A stretch of DNA of 64,000 nucleotides, taken from assembly GCA_023139045.1 (NCBI GenBank), contig JAGLOJ010000017.1, positions 11,245 to 75,244 on the forward strand, written 5' to 3'. Below are positions 19,290 to 28,478 of this stretch, in pieces. The DNA is from Candidatus Sabulitectum sp. Its GTDB lineage: Bacteria; Fermentibacterota; Fermentibacteria; Fermentibacterales; JCC-6. The position numbers and the translations under genes were made by a program. Numbering within the stretch: position 1 is the first letter of the stretch; each line of letters opens with the position of its first letter. The notes under the pieces are model-generated. The model worked only from the letters and a program-made list of their open reading frames with translations. It ran no database searches and was not told the origin of the DNA.

Positions 19290-21263
19290 TTATTTTCCAT
19301 GATTGAGCAGCTTCTTCATGATATCGCGATATCTGGCCGCCTCCTCAAATTCCAGATTATCTGCAGCTTCAATCATCATTTTTTCCACCTCTGTAATTCT
19401 GTCGACAGTATAGGATTCGGCCTTTCCGGAAGCCCTTTGTGACTTCTTCTTACCCATGATGTCGGCGATACCGGTTGATCTGATTATCTCATCCCGACTT
19501 TTTACAATAGTGACAGGTGTAATCCCGTGGATCCTGTTGTACTCCACCTGAATTCCACGACGACGGTCAGTTTCATCCAGTGCAAATTTCATGGAATCCG
19601 TAACTCTGTCCGCATAGAAAATCACCTTACCCGCATTGTTTCTTGCAGCCCTTCCCGCGGTCTGAACAAGGCTCGTTCTTGATCTGAGAAAGCCTTCTTT
19701 GTCTGCATCCATAACCGCCACCAGAGTTACCTCAGGGAGGTCCAGACCCTCTCTAAGCAGGTTGACTCCCACAAGCACATCAAATTCCGCAAGTCTCAGC
19801 TCTCTCAAAATGGATACCCGCTCAAGAGCGTCTATCTCGCTGTGAATGTACCTTGTTCTGAAATCCAGCCTTCCCAGATAATCAGTGAGTTCTTCAGCCA
19901 TCTTTTTTGTAAGAGTGGTGATAAGAACCCTTCCCGATTTTTCAGTGGCTGTTCTCACCTGTTCCACAAGATCATCCACCTGCCCCTCGGCAGGCCTGAC
20001 CTCAATAACCGGATCAATAAGCCCTGTTGGTCTTACAATCTGCTCAACGATCTTACTGGAAATGTCCAGTTCGTAATTTGCAGGAGTGGCGGACATGCAT
20101 ATTTTTCTGCCGGTTATTTCGGTGAACTCCTCCAGAAACAGAGGCCTGTTGTCAAGAGCAGAGGGCAGTCTGAAACCGTAGTTTACCAGTGTCTGCTTCC
20201 TGGATCTGTCTCCCTTGAACATGCCTCTTATCTGAGGCAGTGTTCGGTGACTTTCATCAATAAATACAAGATAATCATCCGGAAAGTAGTCCAGCAGACA
20301 TGACGGCCGTTCCCCTTCTTTCCTGTCACCGATCAGTCTGCTGTAGTTCTCTATACCTGAACAGTACCCGGTCTCACCCATCATCTCCAGGTCAAAACTG
20401 GTCCGGGATTCAAGACGGTGTGCTTCAAGCATTTTACCGGCAGCGCGCAGTTCAAGAAGCCTTTCATCCAGCTCTCTGCGAATTCTTCCCATGGCAAGAT
20501 TCAGCTTTCTTTCCCCGGTGACAAAGTGCCTTGCGGGGAAAATCGTTGTTCTTTCCATGGTGTTCATTACATGTCCGGTGAGATGATCCATCTGCTTTAT
20601 GCTGTCAACTGTGTCACCGAAGAACTCAATTCGAATTCCTGTACTGGCGTAGGATGGAACCAGGTCAACAATATCACCTCTCACACGGAAGTATCCTCTG
20701 GTAAGGACAACATCATTCCGCCTGTACTGCATCCCCACCAGTTTCATCAGAAGCAGATCCCTGGAAAGAGTAACGCCTGTGATTATCTGAAAACCGGTAC
20801 CCATGAAGTCCTCAGGCGAACCCAGTCCATACAGACAACTCACCGACGCAACCACAATAACATCATCTCTGCTGAGAAGGCTGGCAGTTGTTCTGAGACG
20901 GAGCCTGTCCAGTTCCTCATTCAGACTGGCATCCTTCTCTATGAACATGTCTCTTGCTGGTATATAGGCTTCCGGCTGATAGTAATCGTAGTAACTCACA
21001 AAATACTCAACTGCATTTTCCGGAAAAAAGCCGGAAAGTTCTCCAAAAAGCTGGGCGGCAAGAGTTTTGTTGTGGCAGATAACAAGAGAGGGCAGGTTCA
21101 TCCTCTCAATAACATTCGCCATGGTAAAGGTCTTACCGGAGCCGGTAACACCAAGAAGAGTCTGCCATTCCATTCTCTTCTTCAATCCATCCACAAGCCC
21201 TTCTATGGCCCGGGGCTGATGCCCGGCCGGGCTATAGGTGGCTTTCAGAGAAAAACCGGACAG
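19290..21263 (-). CDS. uvrB: Excinuclease ABC subunit B
   Basis: GVTGSGKTFT Walker A, FIDESH, beta-hairpin region YYDYYQPEAY, C-terminal UVR domain NLEFEEAARYRD. The 5' end is extended past the track's GTG (21194) because the conserved N-terminus FSLKATYSPAGHQPRAIEGLV is encoded in frame upstream. The start codon is uncertain (CTG at 21263?). Confidence 0.85.
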   Translation of the reverse strand: MSGFSLKATYSPAGHQPRAIEGLVDGLKKRMEWQTLLGVTGSGKTFTMANVIERMNLPSLVICHNKTLAAQLFGELSGFFPENAVEYFVSYYDYYQPEAYIPARDMFIEKDASLNEELDRLRLRTTASLLSRDDVIVVASVSCLYGLGSPEDFMGTGFQIITGVTLSRDLLLMKLVGMQYRRNDVVLTRGYFRVRGDIVDLVPSYASTGIRIEFFGDTVDSIKQMDHLTGHVMNTMERTTIFPARHFVTGERKLNLAMGRIRRELDERLLELRAAGKMLEAHRLESRTSFDLEMMGETGYCSGIENYSRLIGDRKEGERPSCLLDYFPDDYLVFIDESHRTLPQIRGMFKGDRSRKQTLVNYGFRLPSALDNRPLFLEEFTEITGRKICMSATPANYELDISSKIVEQIVRPTGLIDPVIEVRPAEGQVDDLVEQVRTATEKSGRVLITTLTKKMAEELTDYLGRLDFRTRYIHSEIDALERVSILRELRLAEFDVLVGVNLLREGLDLPEVTLVAVMDADKEGFLRSRTSLVQTAGRAARNNAGKVIFYADRVTDSMKFALDETDRRRGIQVEYNRIHGITPVTIVKSRDEIIRSTGIADIMGKKKSQRASGKAESYTVDRITEVEKMMIEAADNLEFEEAARYRDIMKKLLNHGK

Positions 21264-21264
21264 G

Positions 21265-22914
21265 CTAAACCCTCAAGCTTTCCAGAGGCAGCTCAAAACC
21301 GGCAACAGGTACTGTGATTCCCCATGCCTCCAGAACACCGGGATGAAATTCCCCGAGAATGCCGACTTCTTCACCGTTTATCAGTATGGCTGCGCTTCTT
21401 CCGGGAATAAACCTGGAATCATCAAGGGGTTCAAGGGAAAGGTCAAGTTCCCTTAAGTGGCAGATGATACCAAGTATGGAATGTACCGCACCGAAATCAC
21501 CATCACCTGTACTCACTGCAAGATTTATCTGTGTCTGGCAGAGAGCTTCACCGGTTCGACGGAGTACCTCACCCACCGTAAACAGCCTGTGAGGAAAGGC
21601 GGCATGACCGCTTGATGACTCTACCTCAAGAAGAGCGGGAAGAAGGGTGCTGGATACCACTCCGTATTCAGCAGTCATGGGGTTGCTTATCCTGATGGGT
21701 AGCTCTGGAGTTCTTGTACGGGTTGATATCTTGTCAAAACTTGTAAGGATGGGTCTCATGATCTCTTCACACCCGGCACCAACAAGCAGAGATTTTACTG
21801 AACGGGCAAGAATCTCAACAGGTGCTGCTGACCCCACTGTATACTCTGATGGGAGGATGGGTTCCATGTTGTTGAGCCCTATGGCAATGACGATGTCTTC
21901 CATAAGGTCTCTGGGATGTATTCCGTCCCTCCGGTAGGGGGGCATAACTGCAGTAACGGAATCTTCTCCAACTTCAATCCCGCAGTAGTCCATCTTTGAC
22001 AGCAGTGCTTCAATATCCAGTTCTTCAGCATCAGTTCCGATCATCTCGCTGATCTCTTTGAATGTTGCGGTAAGGGTGTCTCTGTAAATAATGGGGGTTA
22101 CAGTCACATCTCCATCAGGATATCGAATCTCAACCGGGCTGATAACAGCTCCTCTGTCCTCGAGATTACAGGCAAGAATAGTAGCGGTAAGGTTAACGGT
22201 GTGCCAGTCAGTTCCGGTTACCTCGCAGAAGAGACGGCTGTCTCCTGAAACAACCCTTCCTGTGGCATGGCTGTTGAGAACCGGAGGGAAAGAGAGTACT
22301 GCACCGGTGTTGTCTGTGAGAACAGGGTACTTTTGAAAACCGCTTAAAAGTCCTGCGTACTTCATCCCTGCCTCGGTCTTCTCAAGAACCTCTGACAGTG
22401 TCATTTCAGTTTCCTCCCCCAGAGGCTGGAAGCTGGTTTCAGGGGATGTGACGGAGTAACTCACAGGAAAGCAGATCCCGTCAAGCGGATAGAAACCTAT
22501 GGCTGCTGTTTTTCTCTCTTTCCCAAAACCGGAGGCAATCTTTTCCTGAGCAGTTATCAGTGATTCCAGCCCGTCATCATCCACCTTCCACCCGATCGCG
22601 GTAAATGCGGCGATGAAGGGTCTGATACCCTCCAGATCGCTGTGAACATCAATATGCACCACAGGATCAGCCATGGAATCAAGATGAGACTCTGCTCCGT
22701 TCCTCCAGCATCGCAAGCCTCTGGCCACACCTTCAGTGGTCCACAGGTCCGGCCTGTTCGTATCATTAAGTTCAATTTTTACGGTTTTTTCATACAAACC
22801 ATCAAGCTCTGCCTTGAGAGATTCAAGAAGCTTCTCCAGATTGTCTGTGTTCTCTAGTTCTGCCAGAGGAAGGAAATCGCCCAGAGGTATCTCTATTTTA
22901 GGCATTGTTGCCAC
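21265..22914 (-). CDS. pheT: Phenylalanine--tRNA ligase beta subunit, archaeal/eukaryotic-type (short form)
   Basis: 549 aa, versus roughly 800 aa for typical bacterial PheT. B3/4-type N-terminus (ELNDTNRPDLWTTEGVARGLR) and no N-terminal tRNA-binding domain. Overlaps pheS by 17 nt. Confidence 0.85.
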   Translation of the reverse strand: MATMPKIEIPLGDFLPLAELENTDNLEKLLESLKAELDGLYEKTVKIELNDTNRPDLWTTEGVARGLRCWRNGAESHLDSMADPVVHIDVHSDLEGIRPFIAAFTAIGWKVDDDGLESLITAQEKIASGFGKERKTAAIGFYPLDGICFPVSYSVTSPETSFQPLGEETEMTLSEVLEKTEAGMKYAGLLSGFQKYPVLTDNTGAVLSFPPVLNSHATGRVVSGDSRLFCEVTGTDWHTVNLTATILACNLEDRGAVISPVEIRYPDGDVTVTPIIYRDTLTATFKEISEMIGTDAEELDIEALLSKMDYCGIEVGEDSVTAVMPPYRRDGIHPRDLMEDIVIAIGLNNMEPILPSEYTVGSAAPVEILARSVKSLLVGAGCEEIMRPILTSFDKISTRTRTPELPIRISNPMTAEYGVVSSTLLPALLEVESSSGHAAFPHRLFTVGEVLRRTGEALCQTQINLAVSTGDGDFGAVHSILGIICHLRELDLSLEPLDDSRFIPGRSAAILINGEEVGILGEFHPGVLEAWGITVPVAGFELPLESLRV

Positions 22915-24463
22915 TTCCTAACAATTTTTCCGGTGTTGATTTCATTTCTCTCAGTCTGGCCAGATCGGGGTTCAAAAGATCTCTTATGTCTGAAAGGCCA
23001 AGAGCAAGCAGAGCCATTCTGTCCAGCCCAAGCCCCCAGGCTATCACCGGTACATCAATTCCCATAGGTTCACATACCTCACGGCGGAAGAGCCCGGCTC
23101 CGCCCATCTCAAACCATCCCAGTGTGGGGTGTTTTACATGAAGCTCTACAGATGGCTCTGTAAACGGGAAGTAAGCGGGAACGAACTTGTACTCGGTTGC
23201 TCCTGCGACTTCTATTGCAAAAAGCTTCAGCAATCCGAGAAGGTGTCTCATGTTGATTTCCTCACCAAGCACAATCCCCTCAACCTGAAAGAAATCGGGC
23301 AGATGGGTTGCATCGACCTGGTCGTACCTGAAGCATTTTGCTATTCCGAAGTACTTACCGGGAATGTCTGGATTCGAGCCCAGAGTTCGTGCAGAAAGAG
23401 CTGTTCCCTGAGATCGCATTATTGCTTTCAAAGAACGAGCCCACTCAAAAGTGTATTCCCATCCTCTGCCTCCAGTGCTTCCACCGTTCTCGTGCGCTGC
23501 CCTGACCTTGTCACCAAGATCGCGGGAAGGAGGTTCCACTTCGATCCCGTCTTCCAGATAGTAAGCATCGTGAATATCTCTGGCAGGGTGAAACTGCGGC
23601 ATGAACAGTGCATCGTTGTTCCAGAACTCACTCTCTGCCAGTGAGCCCTTCATCTCCTGAAAACCCATTGCCTGAAGCTTGTTTCTTACGGAATCAAGAA
23701 ACATGGCGTAGGGATGAAACCTTCCAATGTGGATTCTGGAAGGGGGAATATCCACCTGGTATCTTCTGAAGGAACTGTTTTTCCACTCACCGGAGGCAAG
23801 TATCTCACGGGTGAGAATGCCGATTGTATTTTTACCTCTGGCACTTTCAAGAGCTTCTCTTCCAGAGGAGGTAATCTCAATAACACTGCTTCCAGTCTCA
23901 TTGATCACGAATTCTGCTCTGGACTTTCCTCTTTTCGGTGCCCTGTTTGACACCTCCGCAGCCACATTTTCATCCAATGTGGAAAGATGAAGGGCCTCTC
24001 CCCTGCCAATCACCGAGTAAACACTGCTCCATATTAGAGGAAACACTCCTCCTGAAGGATCATTCAAGGACAGTCCATCGGGGTCTTTTTTCAGTATTCG
24101 CGCCTTGACAAGAGCACCCATGGCACTCCCCCACTGAGCTCTGTCAAAGAGCCCGTTCTTCTGAATTTCCGGCAGTGACGATGTTCCATTTTTCACCGCT
24201 TCAAGCAGTGCCAGCTCTGGTGTTGTGCCCTTATCAGCGTAAACAGCACCCACAGGCCCCAGCTCAACAGTGACAGTCTTTTCACTTGAAATTACAGAAG
24301 CCATCTCTCTAGACAGAAGCCACTGAAATGCTCTTCTGTAGGAACCCTCATCCATTCCGGTACCCGCCATGGCTTCCATATCACTGCCCGGGCCGTGTTC
24401 AGACAGCCAGTTCAGCAGTGTTTTCTCCAGGGGGTGCAGATCTTTAGATACAGTCTCTGACAA
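22898..24463 (-). CDS. pheS: Phenylalanine--tRNA ligase alpha subunit, archaeal/eukaryotic-type (long form)
   Basis: Class-II core motifs CFRYDQVDATHLPDFFQVEG and AWGLGLDRMALL after a ~250-aa N-terminal extension. I place the start at TTG 24463 (AAGAAGG upstream, giving MSETVSKDLHPLEK). The longer ORF to 24562 would overlap the upstream gene by 86 nt. Confidence 0.85.
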   Translation of the reverse strand: MSETVSKDLHPLEKTLLNWLSEHGPGSDMEAMAGTGMDEGSYRRAFQWLLSREMASVISSEKTVTVELGPVGAVYADKGTTPELALLEAVKNGTSSLPEIQKNGLFDRAQWGSAMGALVKARILKKDPDGLSLNDPSGGVFPLIWSSVYSVIGRGEALHLSTLDENVAAEVSNRAPKRGKSRAEFVINETGSSVIEITSSGREALESARGKNTIGILTREILASGEWKNSSFRRYQVDIPPSRIHIGRFHPYAMFLDSVRNKLQAMGFQEMKGSLAESEFWNNDALFMPQFHPARDIHDAYYLEDGIEVEPPSRDLGDKVRAAHENGGSTGGRGWEYTFEWARSLKAIMRSQGTALSARTLGSNPDIPGKYFGIAKCFRYDQVDATHLPDFFQVEGIVLGEEINMRHLLGLLKLFAIEVAGATEYKFVPAYFPFTEPSVELHVKHPTLGWFEMGGAGLFRREVCEPMGIDVPVIAWGLGLDRMALLALGLSDIRDLLNPDLARLREMKSTPEKLLGSGNNA

Positions 24464-24476
24464 TTTATACCTTCTT

Positions 24477-26804
24477 CTATTCCCAGACAAGCTCGTCCGG
24501 GTTGAGGAAAAGTCCCTGTTCCGGCCTTGCAATTCGACACTCTCCCTTGAGGACCGTTCCACAATCGGGACACTCAGTCATTCCTTCGTTAACTACCGAG
24601 TCGCAGACCGGGCAGATTCTCGCCATCATTCCATCCACATAATCAACAAGTTCTCCGGCCGTGATGACTCCATTGCCATCACTGTCAGCAGCTCCTCTGG
24701 AGCCTTCAAGAAGTATCGGCGTAAGAACTCTCTCGCTGACGGATTTGTCTTCTCTTGCTGCTGTGAGGATAAGAATGTTGTCTTCCGATGAAAAGTCGTT
24801 TACAAAGCCTCCGGAGTTGCATGCGTCTGCAAAGAGGTAAACAGTACCGGGAAAGCCCGCCAGTAATTCGCGCATCTCATCATCGGAAATATCCTCGTCG
24901 TAAAAACAGAGAACTTCGTTCACGCCATCAGCTTCCTCGCTTCCGCCTGACCCGGGTGGTTCCTGAGATCCGTGACCGCTGTAGAAAACCACCAGACGAT
25001 CTTCTGAGTCAGCTCTGCGGGATATATCATCCAGTGCATTTCTGAACGCATCAGCAGTTGCCTCTGCGTCCACAAGAAGCACCAGGCGGTTCGAATCAAT
25101 ACTTTGATCATCTCTGAGAAACCGGTAGAAGTCGATGGCATCCATGCTGGCCCGGGAAAGAATGTCAGCCCTGGATTCATATCCGCTGATACCGGAAACT
25201 ACCGCCCAGGTATCCACGGAAGCCGGATCTCCGGCTGAAAGCCTTTCAGAAGGGATTCTTTCCGCTTCAATAGTAAAAGTACCCTGTCCTCCCCTGGAGT
25301 AGGCGTAAACAGTAACACCGTAAACTGCATCTTCCTCGCAGTACATGGTAACTGATTCGTCTGCAGCATTGTCGGCATTGCTCACACCACCCTCAGCTTG
25401 AAGAACGTATCCCGGTCCACTGACCAGCATATCCAGATCAAAGTCTCTCTGGTCTCCGCGAAGTTCAATAACAAGGGTGCTTCCAGCTTCTCCGTGAACG
25501 GTGTAGAACCTCTGGGCTGAAGTTGTCTCATCAATCCGTCCATGTACCAGACCAACCACCGGCTCTGCAACGGTGGGTTGCACAGCGACTTCACACACCC
25601 CTCCCCTTTCTGAATTCAGGAATCCGGGAGCTATCCACAGGGTATCCCCCCGCTGGGTCCAGAGGCAGAATCTCTCATCTCCCCTCTCTGTCATCATGAA
25701 TGCAGAGGGCTCACCGTAACTGCTGAACAGTCTGACATCCCCATCTCTCAGTTTGTCAAACACTCCCGAGACGGTATAAAAACCGGAAGAAGGTGCAATG
25801 AATCTTAACAGAGAAGACTGACCGAAACCAGTTTCCACATCCACCGGACAGGATTGACGGATATCTGCAACAGGGTGAATCAGGTTAAGTCTGTAGGGAA
25901 ATTCCTCCAGATCATCTCCAACATCGTATGGATGAATCTCCACAACAACTGGAGAATTTCCGGCAGGAATCAGAAGCCCCTCTGAATACAGATAGGTATT
26001 TGATGAATACAGCGGTTCGCCGGCAGCATTACGAACTATCAGGTCAAGATCACCCTCGTTTTCGAAGGTCAGCTCAAGAAGTGCCTCGTTGGGAAGCTCA
26101 GGAAGCCTGTAACGCTGCACATCACCTTTTATGGCGTCTGCCATAATGGATTCGGAAAGCACATCCATTTCACCGGATCTCATGATCTCAAGGGTGTAAT
26201 CTCCACTGCCGCCTTTGTTGTATCTGGAAACTACAATCTGCAGACTCTCACCCTCCAGAAGGCCGATTGACAGCTTTTCTGTTGAATTATTGCTGTAGCT
26301 TCCAGCCCACAGGCTGTTGCCTGCTCCGTACAGCTCAAGATCGAGATCAGCAATGTCATCAACTCCTCTTATAAGGAAATTCCATTTGCCCTCTTCATCC
26401 GCTGTAAAAGTCCATATATCCGCCATTTCTGAGAAAGAGAGTGAAGATGAAACGCAATTGCTGCCAACAGGCTTCGGATCACGGTATCGCACCGTAAATT
26501 CAACAGAATCATCACTGACAGCCTTGATCCAGAACCAGTAGTCACTATAGGCAGACAGTGCCAGAGCTTCTCCACTTGTTGAAAATGCAAGTGGTTCTCC
26601 TGCATTGTCATATGCAGTCATCGGAACAGCCGGCGAAGAGACTACCTCAATGACCGTGTAGTCACTTTCCAGAATGCGAATCCACTGATAACCTCCGAAT
26701 TCTGCGCTCTCTACTGTCTCGCCTTCGTTGACACCGGGAATTGTTACAGCATCAGGAAGCGTCACTGCAAGTGCAGCAACCAGAAAAATAATAGACCCAG
26801 CCAA
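24477..26804 (-). CDS. Secreted protein with repeated pre-peptidase C-terminal (PPC)-like domains, a caspase-fold (C13/C14-like) peptidase domain, an EF-hand/dockerin-like loop and a C-terminal zinc ribbon
   Basis: Signal peptide MAGSIIFLVAALAVTL. PPC-like repeats (DLDLELYGAG...GDYTLEI; DFDLDMLVSG...GTFTIE). Caspase-fold dyad context VVFYSGHGSQ and LFADACNSGGF. Also DSDGNGVITAGELVDYV and CPVCDSVVNEGMTECPDCG. Confidence 0.7.
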   Translation of the reverse strand: MAGSIIFLVAALAVTLPDAVTIPGVNEGETVESAEFGGYQWIRILESDYTVIEVVSSPAVPMTAYDNAGEPLAFSTSGEALALSAYSDYWFWIKAVSDDSVEFTVRYRDPKPVGSNCVSSSLSFSEMADIWTFTADEEGKWNFLIRGVDDIADLDLELYGAGNSLWAGSYSNNSTEKLSIGLLEGESLQIVVSRYNKGGSGDYTLEIMRSGEMDVLSESIMADAIKGDVQRYRLPELPNEALLELTFENEGDLDLIVRNAAGEPLYSSNTYLYSEGLLIPAGNSPVVVEIHPYDVGDDLEEFPYRLNLIHPVADIRQSCPVDVETGFGQSSLLRFIAPSSGFYTVSGVFDKLRDGDVRLFSSYGEPSAFMMTERGDERFCLWTQRGDTLWIAPGFLNSERGGVCEVAVQPTVAEPVVGLVHGRIDETTSAQRFYTVHGEAGSTLVIELRGDQRDFDLDMLVSGPGYVLQAEGGVSNADNAADESVTMYCEEDAVYGVTVYAYSRGGQGTFTIEAERIPSERLSAGDPASVDTWAVVSGISGYESRADILSRASMDAIDFYRFLRDDQSIDSNRLVLLVDAEATADAFRNALDDISRRADSEDRLVVFYSGHGSQEPPGSGGSEEADGVNEVLCFYDEDISDDEMRELLAGFPGTVYLFADACNSGGFVNDFSSEDNILILTAAREDKSVSERVLTPILLEGSRGAADSDGNGVITAGELVDYVDGMMARICPVCDSVVNEGMTECPDCGTVLKGECRIARPEQGLFLNPDELVWE

Positions 26805-26886
26805 TGGAACCGCCTTTCAATTCCTGAAAAAATGTGTACGACCCTGATCCTGATGTGGTAAGATAACAGAATATGGAAAAATGGGT

Positions 26887-27594
26887 TCAGAACTTTTCCG
26901 AGAAAAGAGAAAAGGATGGGGAGGTTAATTCAACACTCCGGTTTCCGACAGAAATGCCTGTTGCAAGATCCCACAGGCAGAGAAGACCGTACCCGAAAAG
27001 TTTTCTGCTGAATGAGATCACAAGGGGGACTGATGAATCGTCAACTGAAAGGTGAAGACATACCGTATTCTCCCCTGGACGCCATGCATCAGGCAGTCTT
27101 CCCCCCGTGGGCCATACCGAAAATACAAGTTTCAGTTCAGGAGCAGACGGTTCCGGTCTGTCCAGCATATCAATAAACCTGGTCATGTCACCACCGAGAT
27201 GATGAATTGCTGCTCTGATCTGAGAAGTTGTTCGAACGGGGTTGCACGCAGGATCTGGAAGCGCTGTGACAAAATCAATACCATCTTCCCGCCTGTACCC
27301 GAGTTCCAGAAGGGAGGATGCTTCTTCAGCACATGCAGCAAAAAGAGCAGAAGCACCGGCCGGTGGCAGAATTGTGCTTGACACCGATTCATCCGTCCAG
27401 AGATTGACCTGTCGGAAAATGCCCTTGACTCTTTCTCCGGATGGAGTTCTGGAAATGTCTGTAATTGTCTGATGAAGCCTCGGCAGCTGAGGAACTCGTA
27501 CACCTGATCTGCCCAGGGCAGAACGGGAGGCAGCACGCAGGAAGAGGGCTTCCAGATCATCCAGTTTATGCAATTCTGCGGGAAATTTTACCAA
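26887..27594 (-). CDS. Hypothetical protein
   Basis: 235-aa ORF overlapping the xerC/D-like stop by 7 nt. No motif recognised. Confidence 0.4.
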   Translation of the reverse strand: MVKFPAELHKLDDLEALFLRAASRSALGRSGVRVPQLPRLHQTITDISRTPSGERVKGIFRQVNLWTDESVSSTILPPAGASALFAACAEEASSLLELGYRREDGIDFVTALPDPACNPVRTTSQIRAAIHHLGGDMTRFIDMLDRPEPSAPELKLVFSVWPTGGRLPDAWRPGENTVCLHLSVDDSSVPLVISFSRKLFGYGLLCLWDLATGISVGNRSVELTSPSFSLFSEKF

Positions 27595-28478
27595 GTTCCT
27601 GTCCCCCTTGGATGGTATTTATTTACAGCATCGGAAAGTCGCTTCCGGCTCACTGAAGTATAAATCTCCGTGGTTCGAATGTCAGAGTGTCCCAGAAGGT
27701 CCTGTACTACCCTCAGTCCTGCCCCGCCCTCAAGCAGATGAGTAGCAAATGAATGCCTGAGAGTATGAGGATGTACCACTGATGTTATTCCCGCTTTCAA
27801 AGCAGAGGTGCGCACAATGTTCCAGACGGTCATCCTGGAAAGGTGATTGCCGTTCCTTGTAAGAAACACTGTTTTCCCGCTGTGGTTCCTGGATATGGCA
27901 GTTCTCCACCTGTCCAGATAGAGTCCCAGCCACTGCACAGACGGCTGGCTCATAGGAACCATCCTTTCTCTGGCTCCTTTGCCCAGGGGCCGCACCCAGC
28001 CATCATCCAGACTTAGTCTGTCAACTGTCAGAGAAACAAGCTCACCTTCCCGCAGGCCGGAACCATAGGCAAGTTCCATGAGAGCCCTGTTCCTGGCGGA
28101 GAGCGCATCTTCTGCAGTCCAGACCTCGATAAGCCGGGTTACTTCTTTCACTGATATGCAATGCGGTACCCTGAATATTGCAGCAGGAGGTCTGATTTTT
28201 GCTGCGGGACTGCATGTAATTACTTCTCTCTGTGTAAGATATGAGTAGAATGCTCTCAGTGAAGAAAGCTTCCGTGCAATTGTTGCGGGAACCAGCTTCT
28301 GCTTTGAAAGATGCTGAAGCCACTGTCCAAGCTCTGCTGAATCAGCTGAAACAAGATCATCAATGAACACTGCGGCTTCAATCAGATCCCTTCTGTATGC
28401 AGAAACAGTATTGGGGGAGAGATTTCTTACAAGCACTGCCCATGCAAGGAATCCATCAAGGTGTTCGTCCGTGTCCAT
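27588..28478 (-). CDS. Tyrosine site-specific recombinase XerC/XerD family
   Basis: 296 aa. N-terminal SAM-like domain, then catalytic region LAYGSGLREGEL...HPHTLRHSFATHLLEGGAGLRVVQDLLGHSDIRTTEIYT (R..HxxR..H..Y). Confidence 0.85.
   Translation of the reverse strand: MDTDEHLDGFLAWAVLVRNLSPNTVSAYRRDLIEAAVFIDDLVSADSAELGQWLQHLSKQKLVPATIARKLSSLRAFYSYLTQREVITCSPAAKIRPPAAIFRVPHCISVKEVTRLIEVWTAEDALSARNRALMELAYGSGLREGELVSLTVDRLSLDDGWVRPLGKGARERMVPMSQPSVQWLGLYLDRWRTAISRNHSGKTVFLTRNGNHLSRMTVWNIVRTSALKAGITSVVHPHTLRHSFATHLLEGGAGLRVVQDLLGHSDIRTTEIYTSVSRKRLSDAVNKYHPRGTGTW

Noticed and set aside
27669-27680. GGTTCGAAT string resembling a tRNA T-loop.
   Set aside because: It lies inside the xerC/D coding frame (encoding ..IRTTEIY..) and no acceptor or anticodon stems can be drawn around it.
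27588-28478. Tyrosine recombinase as a marker of an integrated mobile element or genomic island.
   Set aside because: Its size and motifs fit housekeeping XerC/XerD. There is no adjacent tRNA, no flanking direct repeats that I could see, no phage or transposon genes, and it is tightly overlapped with neighbouring genes.
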